In this document: positions 30,472-41,300 of the stretch, one piece after another
How the letters are laid out: each line of letters opens with the position of its first letter
How positions within the stretch are numbered: the stretch's first letter is position 1
Origin: Bacteroidota bacterium
Lineage (GTDB): Bacteria > Bacteroidota > Rhodothermia > Rhodothermales > UBA10348
Length of the DNA stretch: 64,000 bases
Direction of reading: 5' to 3'
Assembly: GCA_029262855.1 (NCBI GenBank)
Contig: JAJCYP010000115.1
Span: 119 to 64,118 of the forward strand
Position numbers and translations under genes: made by a program
The notes under the pieces: generated by a model
Told to the model about the DNA's origin: nothing
Database searches by the model: none
What the model saw: the letters and a program-made list of their open reading frames with translations, nothing else

Positions 30472-31752
30472 CTATCCCCGAATCGGCCGTCCGTCGAGCA
30501 TGAACGCCCCTGGACCGGCCGCCTCAACCAGGGCGGCGCCCGCGAGTCCATGCCGGGCTTCGTAGTCCCTGAGGATGCCGGGCATGCTGTCCTCGGTGCC
30601 AACGGGCATGAGCGCCAGGACAGCGCCTCCAAACCCCGCCCCAAATGACGTGGCTGCAAGCGCACCGTGCTCCCGCGCAAGCCGGCAGAGCGTGATGGTC
30701 TCGGGGATCTGATTTCCGAGGAGCATCTCCTTGCCTTCCTGACTGGCGTTGATGGCTGCTGCGAACCCAGCAACATCTCCGCGTTCCATCGCCGTTGTGG
30801 CCGACTCAACGGCCGCCCGCTCGGCGCGAAAGGCAGCCAACCGCTGGGCCAGCGCTCCGCGAACCCGCCCATCCAAGAGGTCCAGGTCCGCTTCGGACAG
30901 GAGTCCGATACCGGCCGTGGCAGGCTGGGTGGCGTTCCAGAGGTCCCGCAGCGCAGTCGCCAGGTTCACGGCCGCGTTGTACTCCCCCAGCGCGTCCCCG
31001 GCCTTTTCAGCTACCACCCCGCTGACCAGTACCACAGGCCGAACGTCCGCCGGCCAGGCCCAAAGCCCCTCCCTCCGCGGATTGATGTACCGGTAGCGCC
31101 CAATCTGCCCCGGCCGACTTCGCACGATGGCCGTGTGATCCTGCGAACCACCGGCCGTCCCGACGCCAAGCCTTCCCACCAGGGCTCCGAAGTCGCGCCC
31201 GTTCTCGATGGTCGCCACGTAATCAGCCAGTGCCTGGTCGTCAGGGAGGCGCTCTTGCAATAACGGATCCTGAATCCAGCCGGAAGCGTGACCCCAGGCC
31301 AAGAAAAGCGCAATCAGGAACGCGGACGAACTGGACAGACCGGATGCCAGCGGGAGGTCGCTGTAAATGTGGACACATGCGCCGCCAGCCGCGGCCGCCG
31401 AGGGAACGTTCGCGAGAACACGCCGGATCAGCGTCGCCGGATAGGTGGCCCAGCCCTCCCCCATGATGCTCGTCTCAAGCGGGAAGTCGGCCGAGAGGCC
31501 CTGCGAATCCACTTCGATACGCAGGGCCGACTCTGCAATCGGCTCGGCCACGACCGCCAGCCCCCGCGTGGTCGCCATCGTCAGACTGCTCCCACCGGCA
31601 TAGTCCACGTGATTCCCGACGAGCTCGATCCGGCCGGGCACAAAGAGACGCACCCTGCCGGGGCCCAATCGACCAAAATGGCCCGACAGGCGCTCTGACT
31701 GTTCGCTCGAACAGCCACGCTCCTTCAGCAATGAAATCAACGCATCGGTCAT
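30472..31752 (-). CDS. Galactokinase-family (GHMP) sugar kinase
   Basis: PGRIELVGNHVDYAGG, LPLASGLSSSSA, GAGFGG; start taken at MTDALIS. Confidence 0.85.
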   Translation of the reverse strand: MTDALISLLKERGCSSEQSERLSGHFGRLGPGRVRLFVPGRIELVGNHVDYAGGSSLTMATTRGLAVVAEPIAESALRIEVDSQGLSADFPLETSIMGEGWATYPATLIRRVLANVPSAAAAGGACVHIYSDLPLASGLSSSSAFLIALFLAWGHASGWIQDPLLQERLPDDQALADYVATIENGRDFGALVGRLGVGTAGGSQDHTAIVRSRPGQIGRYRYINPRREGLWAWPADVRPVVLVSGVVAEKAGDALGEYNAAVNLATALRDLWNATQPATAGIGLLSEADLDLLDGRVRGALAQRLAAFRAERAAVESATTAMERGDVAGFAAAINASQEGKEMLLGNQIPETITLCRLAREHGALAATSFGAGFGGAVLALMPVGTEDSMPGILRDYEARHGLAGAALVEAAGPGAFMLDGRPIRG

Positions 31753-31819
31753 GTGCGAGGATACCGCGCCTGCGAGTAGTTTGGCATCCCTGCCACACTC
31801 TCCTCTCTGCATTTTCGAC

Positions 31820-33505
31820 ATGCGACGCCTGCACCTCCTCCTGCCCTTTCTCCTGCTCGGCTGCGCACAGCAGACCGATTCTGATCACTTTGACGTCGTA
31901 ATCGAGAACGGACGAGTCGTCGACGGTACGGGAAACGCCTGGTTCTACGGAGACGTCGGCATCGTCGCGGACCGTATCGCCGCCATCACACCGGCGGGGA
32001 TGTTGGCGAATGCCGAGGCTGCAGAGCGCGTGGACGCCACCGGCCTCGTGATCGCTCCGGGTTTCATCGACATACAGAGTCACTCGCGCAGCGCACTGCT
32101 CTACAATGACGGACGCGTCATCAGCAAGGTGACACAAGGCGTGACCACGGAGATCATGGGCGAGAACGTCTCGAACGCTCCGGTCAACGCGAACACGATC
32201 GCCGCCGACGGGATCACAAGTCCCGGGCGATTGGCGGTCGCGCGGACTTTCGCCGGTGAACACGGCTTCGACCGCTGGCTCACCGCGATGGAGGCCCACG
32301 GCATGTCAGTCAATGCCGGCTCCTTCCTGGGCGCCGCTACCGTGCGGGTCTACGCCAAGGGCGAGGCCGAGGGACCGGCCACACCGGCCGAGCTCGATAC
32401 CATGCGCACCATCATGCGGCATGCGATGCGGGACGGCGCGTTTGGACTGGCCTCGGCGCTCATCTACCCGCCGGCCAGTTTCATCGGCACCGATGAACTG
32501 GTCGAGGTCGCCTCGGCCATGGCACCATACGGCGGACTGTACATCACCCACATGCGGTCCGAGGCCGACAAGCTGCTTGAGGCCATCGACGAGTCCATCG
32601 AAATCGGCCAACGGGCCGGCGTCCCGGTGGAGATCTATCACCTCAAGGCGGCCGGGCAGCGAAACTGGTACAAGGCCGCCCTCGCCGTGGATCGCATCCA
32701 GGCGGCGCGGGATGCGGGGATGGACGTTCAGGCGGACATGTACCCGTACACCGCCGGGGGCACGGGGCTGACGGCCGCGTTGCCGCCCTGGGCCTCGGCG
32801 AACGGTCTGCTTTTCAAGAATATCTCCGACCCTGCCACGCGAGCGCGTATCCGTGCCGAGGTGGCGAACCCTACCTCGGACTGGGAGAATCTCGCGGAGC
32901 TGGCCACACCGGAAGGGGTCCTCCTGGCCGGTTTTGACAAGGAGGAAAACCAGAAATACCAGGGACGCCGCCTGTCGGATGTCGCCGCCGAAATGGGCAC
33001 GGATTGGGTGACCGCCGCCATGGATCTCATCCTGGCCGATTCGTCCGGCATCAGTACCATCTACTTTCTGATGAGCGAGGACAACGTGGAATACCAGATG
33101 CGTCAGCCGTGGATGAAGTTCGGCACCGACGCGGGCGGCTGGGATCCCGAGACGGCTGAGGGCTTGACCCATCCGCGTTCCTACGGCACATATCCCCGCA
33201 TCCTCGGACGCTACGTTCGGGAACGGGGCGTCATGACGCTGGAAGAGGCGGTTCGAAAGATCACCTCGGCCGTGGCGACCCGCCTGTCAATTCAGGATCG
33301 CGGCGTTCTGCGGGAAGGCCTCTTTGCGGACATCGCCGTCTTCGACCCCGAGACCATCCTCGACAACGCCACCTACGAGAACCCGCACCAGGTCTCGACC
33401 GGCGTCCGGCACGTATTCGTCAACGGCACAGCCGTCCTGAGCGACGGCAACCACACCGGCGCCAGGCCCGGCCGTGCCGTTCGCGGCCCGGGCTACTCAA
33501 ACTGA
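31820..33505 (+). CDS. N-acyl-D-amino-acid deacylase (D-aminoacylase family), lipoprotein
   Basis: LLGC lipobox, VVDGTG, APGFIDIQSHS, QGVTTE, THMRSE, IYHLK, HPRSYGTYPR. Confidence 0.9.
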   Translation: MRRLHLLLPFLLLGCAQQTDSDHFDVVIENGRVVDGTGNAWFYGDVGIVADRIAAITPAGMLANAEAAERVDATGLVIAPGFIDIQSHSRSALLYNDGRVISKVTQGVTTEIMGENVSNAPVNANTIAADGITSPGRLAVARTFAGEHGFDRWLTAMEAHGMSVNAGSFLGAATVRVYAKGEAEGPATPAELDTMRTIMRHAMRDGAFGLASALIYPPASFIGTDELVEVASAMAPYGGLYITHMRSEADKLLEAIDESIEIGQRAGVPVEIYHLKAAGQRNWYKAALAVDRIQAARDAGMDVQADMYPYTAGGTGLTAALPPWASANGLLFKNISDPATRARIRAEVANPTSDWENLAELATPEGVLLAGFDKEENQKYQGRRLSDVAAEMGTDWVTAAMDLILADSSGISTIYFLMSEDNVEYQMRQPWMKFGTDAGGWDPETAEGLTHPRSYGTYPRILGRYVRERGVMTLEEAVRKITSAVATRLSIQDRGVLREGLFADIAVFDPETILDNATYENPHQVSTGVRHVFVNGTAVLSDGNHTGARPGRAVRGPGYSN

Positions 33506-33519
33506 TCAGGCCAGGCACC

Positions 33520-35274
33520 ATGCAAAAACTCCCGCTTCTCGCCCTCTGTGGCCTGACCGCGCTGCCTTTGGCGGCACAAGCCCAGGATGGACTCGAAACC
33601 GTCCCCGATCTCGATGCCCTCGTCGCCTTCGATCAGGGTCAGAGCGACTTCCGCGTGACGGTGGAGCGCTATCGAGCGGACCGGTCGGCACTCCTCCGGC
33701 GCTATGACGTGCCACTCTCGGCGGCCCGTCGGGACCGGCTCCGGACGTTTTATGGCGAGTGGCTCGCGGCGCTTGAGGCCTCAGATTTCGATGCGCTGAA
33801 CCACGAGGGTCAGGTGGACTATGTCCTGTTGCGAAACAGGCTGGAGTTCAACCTCGAGATGCTTCGCCAGGAGGAAGCCATGCGGCGCATCATGACGCCG
33901 CTCATGCCCTTCGCCATTGAGCTCGAGCAGCTTCAGATTGACCGGCGCGACCGGATCGGCGTGGATGCCCGGCAAGTAGCGGGACAGCTGGACCGAATCG
34001 CCTCAGAGATCGAGGCGCTGAGTCTCCAGTTTGCGACGGGCGATGAGGGCCTGCCCGAGACGAAGTCGGTCGACGCCGAGCGGGCCGCGAGTCATCTGGA
34101 AACCCTCTCTCGAATCCTGGGCGGCTGGTACGGCTACCACAACGGGTATGACCCCCAGTTCACGTGGTGGGTCGCCAGGCCCTACGAGCGACTCGGCGAG
34201 GCCCTTCGCGGCCACATTGCTGCGATTCGCGATCGATTCGTCGGTGGCACCGACGGACCCGTGATCGGAGACCCCATCGGAGAGGATGGACTCCGCGCCC
34301 ATCTGGCCCATGAGATGATTCCGTACTCCGCCCGCGAGTTGATCGCCATCGCGGAGGCCGAGTTCGCCTGGATGGAGGAGGCGCTCGTGAAAGCATCGCG
34401 CGAAATGGGGTTTGAAGACGATTGGCGGGCCGCGCAGGAGGCCGTTAAGAATCTCGCGGTCGAGCCGGGTGAGAAGCCGGGTGTCGTGCTCGATCTCGAG
34501 CGCCAGTCCATCGACTTCATCGAGGCCCGCGATTGGATCACGCTGCCGCCGATGGCCGGCGAGGTATGGCGCATGGAAATGATGTCACCGGAGCGGCAGC
34601 GAATTGCGCCCTTCTTCCTCGGCGGGGAGGTCATCCAGATTTCGTATCCGACGGACGAGATGACCCATCAGGAAAAACTCATGAGCATGCGGGGCAACAA
34701 TCCGCACTTCAACCGGGCCACGGTGCATCACGAACTCATCCCCGGACATCACCTGCAGGGATTCATGACGTCGCGCTTCAACGAACACCGCGGCATGTTC
34801 TCCACCCCGTTCTGGGGCGAAGGCTGGGCGCTGTACTGGGAGATGGTCCTTTGGGATGCCGGCTTTCCGCGCGGTCCGGAGGACGAGATCGGGATGCTGT
34901 TCTGGCGGATGCACCGGGCCGCCCGAATCATCTTCTCCCTCAAGTTTCACCTGGAAGAGATGTCGCCGCAGGAGGCGGTGGATTTCCTGGTGGATCGGGT
35001 CGGCCACGAACGGGCGAACGCGGAGGCCGAGGTACGCCGATCGTTCGCCGGCAATTACTCGCCGTTGTATCAGGTGGCCTACATGATGGGCGGCATCCAG
35101 TTCAGGGCGCTGTACGCCGAACTGGTGGACTCCGGCCGAATGACAGCGCGCGAATACCACGACGCCGTCATGAAGGGCGGCCGGATGCCGGTCGAAATGG
35201 TGCGGGCGCGGCTGACCGGACAGGCCCTGACGCGCGACTACACTTCGAACTGGATGTTTGCGGGAGAGCGCTAG
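33520..35274 (+). CDS. DUF885 family protein (putative metallopeptidase)
   Basis: Signal peptide; HHELIPGHHLQ, EGWALYWE, WRMHRAARI, YMMGG. Confidence 0.88.
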   Translation: MQKLPLLALCGLTALPLAAQAQDGLETVPDLDALVAFDQGQSDFRVTVERYRADRSALLRRYDVPLSAARRDRLRTFYGEWLAALEASDFDALNHEGQVDYVLLRNRLEFNLEMLRQEEAMRRIMTPLMPFAIELEQLQIDRRDRIGVDARQVAGQLDRIASEIEALSLQFATGDEGLPETKSVDAERAASHLETLSRILGGWYGYHNGYDPQFTWWVARPYERLGEALRGHIAAIRDRFVGGTDGPVIGDPIGEDGLRAHLAHEMIPYSARELIAIAEAEFAWMEEALVKASREMGFEDDWRAAQEAVKNLAVEPGEKPGVVLDLERQSIDFIEARDWITLPPMAGEVWRMEMMSPERQRIAPFFLGGEVIQISYPTDEMTHQEKLMSMRGNNPHFNRATVHHELIPGHHLQGFMTSRFNEHRGMFSTPFWGEGWALYWEMVLWDAGFPRGPEDEIGMLFWRMHRAARIIFSLKFHLEEMSPQEAVDFLVDRVGHERANAEAEVRRSFAGNYSPLYQVAYMMGGIQFRALYAELVDSGRMTAREYHDAVMKGGRMPVEMVRARLTGQALTRDYTSNWMFAGER

Positions 35275-35309
35275 GCCACGGCCCTCGCGGTCCGAGGTGG
35301 CCAGACCGG

Positions 35310-36461
35310 CTAATTCGTACCCGTCACCGGATCCATCCGAAGAATCGACTTGCCGCCGGCGGCATCGATCGCGATGTAAATGTGCCCATCAGGCCCCTGG
35401 CGAATGTCCCGAACCCGGCCAATGCCCTTGACCAGGGTCTCTTCCAGATCCACGGACTGGCCATCCAGTTCGAGCCTGGCTATCTGGGCTCCCGCCAACC
35501 CGCCAACAAACGCGCTGCCCTTCCACTCCGGGAAGACATCGCCGCTGTAGATAAGCAGTCCGGATGTCGCGATTGAGGGGACCCAGAAGTGCTTCGGCTG
35601 CTCCATCCCGTCGCGATGGGTGCCCTCGTGAATGACAGTCCCGCTGCGGTAATTGACGCCGTAACCAATGACGGGCCATCCGTAGTTCTTGCCGGGTTCA
35701 ATCAGATTGAATTCGTCGCCGCCCTGAGGACCGTGCTCATTGGCCCAGAGGTCTCCTGTCTCCGGATGGAAGGCCAGACCTTGTGGATTGCGATGACCGT
35801 ATGACCAGATGGACGGCTGCACGCCGGCGGTGCCCACGAACGGGTTGTCCGTCGGAATCCGTCCATCGTCGTGGATGCGGTTGATGGTCCCGTGGTGGTT
35901 GGACCGATCCTGCGCGGGATGCGTCTCCAGATTGCCCGATGGCGGCGCCTGCCGATCGCCGACCGTGATGAAGAGGTATCCGTTGCCGTCGAAGGCCAGG
36001 CGACTGCCATAGTGGCCTCGGCCCTCGGACACGGCCTCGAAGATTTCCTCCACACCGGTCAGGGCGCCATTCTCGTACCGACCACGGATCACGGCCGTCG
36101 TCGAAGCCGTCCCACCCTGAGGTTTGGAATAGCTGATGTAGAGCATCCGGTTCGTGGCAAAGTCCGGATGTGGGACGACATCAAGCAGACCGCCCTGGCC
36201 CCGCGCATGCACGTCCGGAAGTCCCGTGACAGCCGAATCCTGAAGGCGGCCGTTCTTGATGACCCGGAGGCGTCCCGGCCTCTCGCTCACCAACATCTCG
36301 CCGCCCGGCAGAAACGCGATGGACCACGCGTTCTCAAGGCCTTCGGCGATTGTGGTGACCTCAAAGTCGTAGTCGGCCGATTTGTACTGTCCACAGGCTG
36401 TGGTGGTCAGCACGGCCAGAGACAGCGCGGTGAGGATCAATGTTGGAAAGAGTCTGGGCAT
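35310..36461 (-). CDS. PQQ-dependent sugar dehydrogenase (GSDH/YliI family)
   Basis: WSIAFLP, ERPGRL, GQGGLLDV..HPDF, HYGSRL, YGHRNPQG, EHGPQGGDE, NYGWP, RVRDI. Confidence 0.92.
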   Translation of the reverse strand: MPRLFPTLILTALSLAVLTTTACGQYKSADYDFEVTTIAEGLENAWSIAFLPGGEMLVSERPGRLRVIKNGRLQDSAVTGLPDVHARGQGGLLDVVPHPDFATNRMLYISYSKPQGGTASTTAVIRGRYENGALTGVEEIFEAVSEGRGHYGSRLAFDGNGYLFITVGDRQAPPSGNLETHPAQDRSNHHGTINRIHDDGRIPTDNPFVGTAGVQPSIWSYGHRNPQGLAFHPETGDLWANEHGPQGGDEFNLIEPGKNYGWPVIGYGVNYRSGTVIHEGTHRDGMEQPKHFWVPSIATSGLLIYSGDVFPEWKGSAFVGGLAGAQIARLELDGQSVDLEETLVKGIGRVRDIRQGPDGHIYIAIDAAGGKSILRMDPVTGTN

Positions 36462-36533
36462 GGCGGCGGAAGAGATTGGTGTCGGGCGACAGTTAATGGC
36501 GACGGCGACCGCTGGTTTCCGTCGGCGGCGGCA

Positions 36534-37946
36534 TCAAACCACCTTGCGCTTCCAGATGCCCTTCCGAAACAGGACCACGCCGATGATCGCCAGCACGACT
36601 TGCGCAATGCCGATCACGATGAACACGCCGGTTGGCCCCATCCCCAGCGGTATGGCCATGTACCAGGCGAGGGGAATCTGAATGATCCAGTAGGCGCCGA
36701 GATTGATCCAGGTCGGGGTGGTCGTGTCCCCGGCGCCGTTGAAGGCCTGCACCGTGATCATGCCCACAGCCCAGATCGGGAAGGACAGGGCCATGATCCA
36801 GAGGGCGCGCGAGCCTATTCGAATCACCTCGGGATCGCTGCTAAAGAGCTCCATGATCGGCTTGTTCGCGACGATGATCAGCAGACCGAGCAGGCCGAGA
36901 AAGACGGCATCGACCACGACGCAGATCCAGACGGACCGCTCTGCCCGGTCCGGCTTGAGCGCACCCAGGTTCTGGCCCACCATGGTAGCGGCCGCGTTGG
37001 AGACACCCCAGGAGGGCAGGAGGGCGAAGACTATCACACGAATACCAATCGTGTAGCCGGCGAGCGCCTCGCTGCCGAATTCCGCCATGATCCGCATCAA
37101 GGCCATCCAGGAGGCCGTGCCTACGAGGTACTGGAGCATCCCCGGGCCCGAAATCCGGAGCAGCCGGGCGATGAGAGCCCGGTCGATGCCGAAGTGACGC
37201 AGCGCGAGCTTCAGATTGCCGGTACCACCGAACAGAATCTTCAGCTGATAGGCTACGCCCACGCTGCGGCCAATGGCCGTGGCCACCGCTGCACCGGTCG
37301 CACCCATCGCCGGAACCGGACCCAGACCAAATATGAAAATGGGGTCCAGCGCGATGTTGAGCAGGTTCGCCATCCAGAGCGCACGCATGGCGGATGCCGC
37401 ATCCCCGGCGCCCCTGAAGATGGAGTTGATCAGGAAGAGTAGAATGATGGTGATGTTCGACCCGAACAGGACGGCCGTGTACCCGGTCCCGATCTCGATT
37501 ACGGAAGCGGACGCGCCCATGAGGGCCAGGAGCTCGGGAGCGTACCAGGCGCCCGCAATGCCAATCGGTATCGATACCGCCACCGAGGCCAGGATCGCCT
37601 GGGCGGCGGAGTGCGCCGCGCCTTCGTGGTCCTTCTCGCCCATGCGCCGCGCGACCACGGCCGCAGCGGCCATGGCCAGTCCCAGCCCAATCGCGAACAC
37701 CAGGATGATCAGGGAGGCCGAGAGCCCGACTCCGGCCACGGCATCCGCACCGAGCCTGCCGACGAAGTAGATGTCCGCCACCTCGAAGACGGACTGCATG
37801 AGCATCTCCAGGACCATCGGAACGGCGAGGACCAGGATGGCGCGACCGATTGAACCGGTGGTGTAGTCGCGACGACTCCCTCGAATGGAATCGCGGATGT
37901 CAGACCAGAGGGACGCCTCAACGGAGGCGGGAGACAATTCAGACAT
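36534..37946 (-). CDS. MATE family efflux transporter
   Basis: LAVPM.LEM, D.YFVGRLG, RGAGD, N..LDP.FIFG, GQNLGA; about 12 TM. Confidence 0.92.
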   Translation of the reverse strand: MSELSPASVEASLWSDIRDSIRGSRRDYTTGSIGRAILVLAVPMVLEMLMQSVFEVADIYFVGRLGADAVAGVGLSASLIILVFAIGLGLAMAAAAVVARRMGEKDHEGAAHSAAQAILASVAVSIPIGIAGAWYAPELLALMGASASVIEIGTGYTAVLFGSNITIILLFLINSIFRGAGDAASAMRALWMANLLNIALDPIFIFGLGPVPAMGATGAAVATAIGRSVGVAYQLKILFGGTGNLKLALRHFGIDRALIARLLRISGPGMLQYLVGTASWMALMRIMAEFGSEALAGYTIGIRVIVFALLPSWGVSNAAATMVGQNLGALKPDRAERSVWICVVVDAVFLGLLGLLIIVANKPIMELFSSDPEVIRIGSRALWIMALSFPIWAVGMITVQAFNGAGDTTTPTWINLGAYWIIQIPLAWYMAIPLGMGPTGVFIVIGIAQVVLAIIGVVLFRKGIWKRKVV

Positions 37947-38326
37947 GGATCAGGAGCCGGAAGGGGAGCGAAGAAAACACAAAGCGCTCGACCCATCCGG
38001 GGAGCGCATCAGGCGACGGGTTGGGCGTCGGTATGCGGCTTCGTCATAAGTCCTGACCGTTGATCTTTGTGGGTTCCGGGCGATTCGGGCCGTGTTTCCT
38101 ACGGCCGCTCATCGAAAGGGATACAGGTCAAGTGTACGTTCTACCCAGGAGACCGCGCAAATCGCCGTTTTCAGGGCGTTTTGGGGCGTTCTCTTTATGC
38201 GATCTTTTCTTGCCGGGGGAAACGTGCGTACCTAATTTCGACCTGCTTCCCGGATTGTCGGCGCCGTTCTATTTGACCCTCCGGACCCGGCCGCGCCTTC
38301 CACTGCATCATCCACACCTCCCTTCA

Positions 38327-38836
38327 ATGATCGGGCCGATCCTTTTCTCTGTGTTCGCCGTCGCTGCTATTGCCGGCGCACTGGGAATGCTGATTTCCAA
38401 GAACCCGGTATCGAGCGCCCTGTGGCTGATCATGACGCTCTTTTGCGTCGCCGGACTGTACCTGACCCTGAATGCCACGTTCATCGCGGTCGTACAGGTG
38501 CTGGTTTATGCCGGAGCCATCATGGTGCTCTTTCTGTTCGTCATCATGCTGCTCAACCTGGCCGAGTTGCCAAAGCTCAACGCCGGTGACGGCAAGCGAT
38601 TCCTGGGCTATGTAGGTGCAACCGGCGTGTTCGCAGCCCTCATGATTGCCACATCCAGCGCCTTGGGGGTTCTCCCCGAGCCGGTCAGCGTTCAGGTGGC
38701 CGCCGACACGGGATCCGCCGTGAATCTGGCCACGCTGCTATTTACCAGGTATGCCCTCCCTCTGGAAGTCATAGGCATTTTGCTGCTGGTTGCCACGATT
38801 GGTGCCGTCATGCTCGCCAAACGACGCTTCGTCTAG
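38327..38836 (+). CDS. nuoJ: NADH-quinone oxidoreductase subunit J
   Basis: KNPVSSAL, QVLVYAGAIMVLFLFVIMLLN, EVIGILLLVATIGAV; start taken at MIGPIL. Confidence 0.95.
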   Translation: MIGPILFSVFAVAAIAGALGMLISKNPVSSALWLIMTLFCVAGLYLTLNATFIAVVQVLVYAGAIMVLFLFVIMLLNLAELPKLNAGDGKRFLGYVGATGVFAALMIATSSALGVLPEPVSVQVAADTGSAVNLATLLFTRYALPLEVIGILLLVATIGAVMLAKRRFV

Positions 38837-38839
38837 TCC

Positions 38840-39145
38840 ATGGAAATCACCATCAACTGGTACCTCTCGCTGAGCGCGATTCTGTTCGTGATCGGCGTCC
38901 TGGGGGTCCTGTTCCGGCGCAACGTGATCGTCATCCTCATGTCGATCGAGTTGATGCTCAACGCCGTCAACCTGACACTCGTCACCTTCAGCCAGTCCTT
39001 GGGCGATGCGGCCGGGCAGATCCTGGTCTTCTTCGTGATGGCAGTCGCCGCGGCCGAGGCCGCTGTGGGACTGGCCATCGTCATTGCCATCTTCCGCAAC
39101 AAGCTGACGGTGGACGTGACCCAGATCAATCTCTTCAGATACTAA
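38840..39145 (+). CDS. nuoK: NADH-quinone oxidoreductase subunit K
   Basis: RRN...[25 protein letters not shown]. Confidence 0.97.
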   Translation: MEITINWYLSLSAILFVIGVLGVLFRRNVIVILMSIELMLNAVNLTLVTFSQSLGDAAGQILVFFVMAVAAAEAAVGLAIVIAIFRNKLTVDVTQINLFRY

Positions 39146-39160
39146 GAGGCCGTTCGCCCC

Positions 39161-41143
39161 ATGGAAGTTGATCTCGCAGTCCGATTGATGATTCTGCTGC
39201 CGCTCGCCGGCGCCGCCATCAATGGACTCCTCCCCCTTTTCCTTCCGAATCTCCGGAAGAACGAGCGTCTCATCGCGGCAATCGGAACGGCCGCGGTCGC
39301 GATACCCTTCGGGATCGCCCTGTCGCTTTTCGTGGCGGACGCGGGCGGTATCGCCACGTGGTTCACCTGGATGGCCGCCGGAGACTTTTCGGTTGACTTC
39401 GCCTACCGAGTCGATCACCTGTCGCTGTTGATGACGCTGGTCGTCACGGGTGTCGGGAGTCTGATCCACCTGTACTCGGCCGGCTACATGCACCGCGACC
39501 CGGGTTACTGGCGGTTCTTCGCCTACCTGAACCTGTTCATCTTCGCGATGCTGAACCTGGTTCTGGGTGACAACCTGCTGGTGCTGTTCCTGGGCTGGGA
39601 AGGTGTGGGACTCTGCTCCTACCTGCTGATCGGATTCTGGTACACGGATCTGAAGAACTCGGCCGCCGCCAGCAAGGCGTTCATCATGAACCGGGTCGGA
39701 GACTTTGCCTTCCTGATGGCGATGTTCATCTTCGTCAAGGAGCTCGGCGCCATCGACTTCGACACGCTGCTCACGCAGGGACCGGGCATGGATCCGACCA
39801 TGCTCAACTGGGCCGTCCTGCTGATGTTTATCGGCGCCACGGGCAAGAGCGCGCAGATTCCCCTGTTCACGTGGCTGCCCGATGCCATGGCCGGGCCGAC
39901 TCCGGTTTCGGCACTGATCCACGCCGCCACAATGGTCACGAGTGGGCTCTACCTGCTGGCCCGGATGTCACCGGTCGTGCTGCAGGCCCCGGACATCATG
40001 ATGGTGATCACGGTGGTGGGTGCCCTGACGGCGATTGTGGCCGCGACCATCGCCATCACGCAGAACGACATCAAGAAGGTGCTGGCCTATTCGACCGTGT
40101 CCCAACTGGGTTACATGTTCGTCGCCGCCGGCGTGGGCGCGTTCTTCGTGGCCATCTTCCACGTGATGACGCACGCCTTCTTCAAGGGCTGCCTCTTCCT
40201 GGGCTCAGGGTCAGTCATCCACTCCATGCACCATGTGGAGCACGAACTGGAGCACGACGGACACGGGCATCATCTGGATCCCCAGGACATGCGCACCATG
40301 GGCGGCCTGAAGCGGTTCATGCCGACCACGCGGTGGACGTTCCTGGCTTCCACACTGGCCATTGCGGGCATTCCCCTTCTGGCAGGCTTCTTCTCGAAGG
40401 ACGAGATCCTGTTCAAGGCGTTCGAGGCCGGCTTCAATGGCGTTCCGACCGCGTGGTTTGCCTGGGGCGTTGGCATCGTGACCGCGCTCCTGACGGCTGT
40501 CTACATGATGCGCTGCTACGTGCTGACCTTCGAGGGCGAGCCGCGCTGGCCGCACGCCGAGACGATCAAGCCGCACGAGAGCCCCTGGACGATGACCGTC
40601 CCTCTCCAAGTGCTTGCCGTCCTTTCCATTTTCGCCGGCTTCCTCGGCATCCCCGCTGTCATCGCACACGGGGACCTGAACTGGATTCACCACTACCTGG
40701 GTGCGGACTACGGTGGCCCCGTTGCGGAAGCGCACTTCGAGGGCCACGTCACTCTCGCCATGGAGTGGGCGCTAATCATCCTGGGCGGCTCCATTGCGGT
40801 CATCGGTGTATTCCTGGCCCGCAGGTGGTACCTGGCCGATGGGCCCGCCTTCGACGCCAAGGTCGAAGCTCGTTTTGGTGGCCTCTACAAGCTGTGGCAG
40901 GGCAAGTACTTCGTAGACGAGGCCTACGAGCGGGCCATTGTCCGCCCTGTGGTCGGTGGGTCAGAAAAGGCCTTCGCTCCCTTCGACAAGTATTTCGTGG
41001 ATGGGCTGGTCAACCTGGTTGGCTACCTGACGCGCGGCATCAGCTACCTGCTTCGCTACATGCAGAACGGAATCGTTCAGTCCTATGCTGTAGCGGTGGT
41101 ATTCGGTGTTCTTCTCGTGGTTGGCCTTCTGCTATTCGGCTGA
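39161..41143 (+). CDS. nuoL: NADH-quinone oxidoreductase subunit L
   Basis: [67 protein letters not shown]. Confidence 0.97.
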   Translation: MEVDLAVRLMILLPLAGAAINGLLPLFLPNLRKNERLIAAIGTAAVAIPFGIALSLFVADAGGIATWFTWMAAGDFSVDFAYRVDHLSLLMTLVVTGVGSLIHLYSAGYMHRDPGYWRFFAYLNLFIFAMLNLVLGDNLLVLFLGWEGVGLCSYLLIGFWYTDLKNSAAASKAFIMNRVGDFAFLMAMFIFVKELGAIDFDTLLTQGPGMDPTMLNWAVLLMFIGATGKSAQIPLFTWLPDAMAGPTPVSALIHAATMVTSGLYLLARMSPVVLQAPDIMMVITVVGALTAIVAATIAITQNDIKKVLAYSTVSQLGYMFVAAGVGAFFVAIFHVMTHAFFKGCLFLGSGSVIHSMHHVEHELEHDGHGHHLDPQDMRTMGGLKRFMPTTRWTFLASTLAIAGIPLLAGFFSKDEILFKAFEAGFNGVPTAWFAWGVGIVTALLTAVYMMRCYVLTFEGEPRWPHAETIKPHESPWTMTVPLQVLAVLSIFAGFLGIPAVIAHGDLNWIHHYLGADYGGPVAEAHFEGHVTLAMEWALIILGGSIAVIGVFLARRWYLADGPAFDAKVEARFGGLYKLWQGKYFVDEAYERAIVRPVVGGSEKAFAPFDKYFVDGLVNLVGYLTRGISYLLRYMQNGIVQSYAVAVVFGVLLVVGLLLFG

Positions 41144-41300
41144 CACTCCCCGCACTGAAGCGCGAGGATTCTTCCTTCATCTCAAGCCGCCTTGCCAACC
41201 GTGGTTGACATCGGTCTTCCGCTCGATCCAGAAGCATTACACGGCGTGTCCCGCCGCAACACATTGATGGCCGCATTCACATCACGATCATGCGCACTGC
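41120..41300 (-). ncRNA. Predicted TnpB omega/reRNA (right-end scaffold plus flanking guide); 5' limit approximate
   Basis: Inferred from known TnpB biology (scaffold from the tnpB 3' end and right end, guide from the adjacent flank); the right-end hairpin is visible. Confidence 0.55.

Noticed and set aside
38060-38326. Extended N-terminus of NuoJ; similar extensions on pckA, nirK, SCO, GH109, zntB and the D-aminoacylase
   Set aside because: Downstream ATGs give family-typical starts or signal peptides; the extensions look like translated intergenic or overlapping DNA
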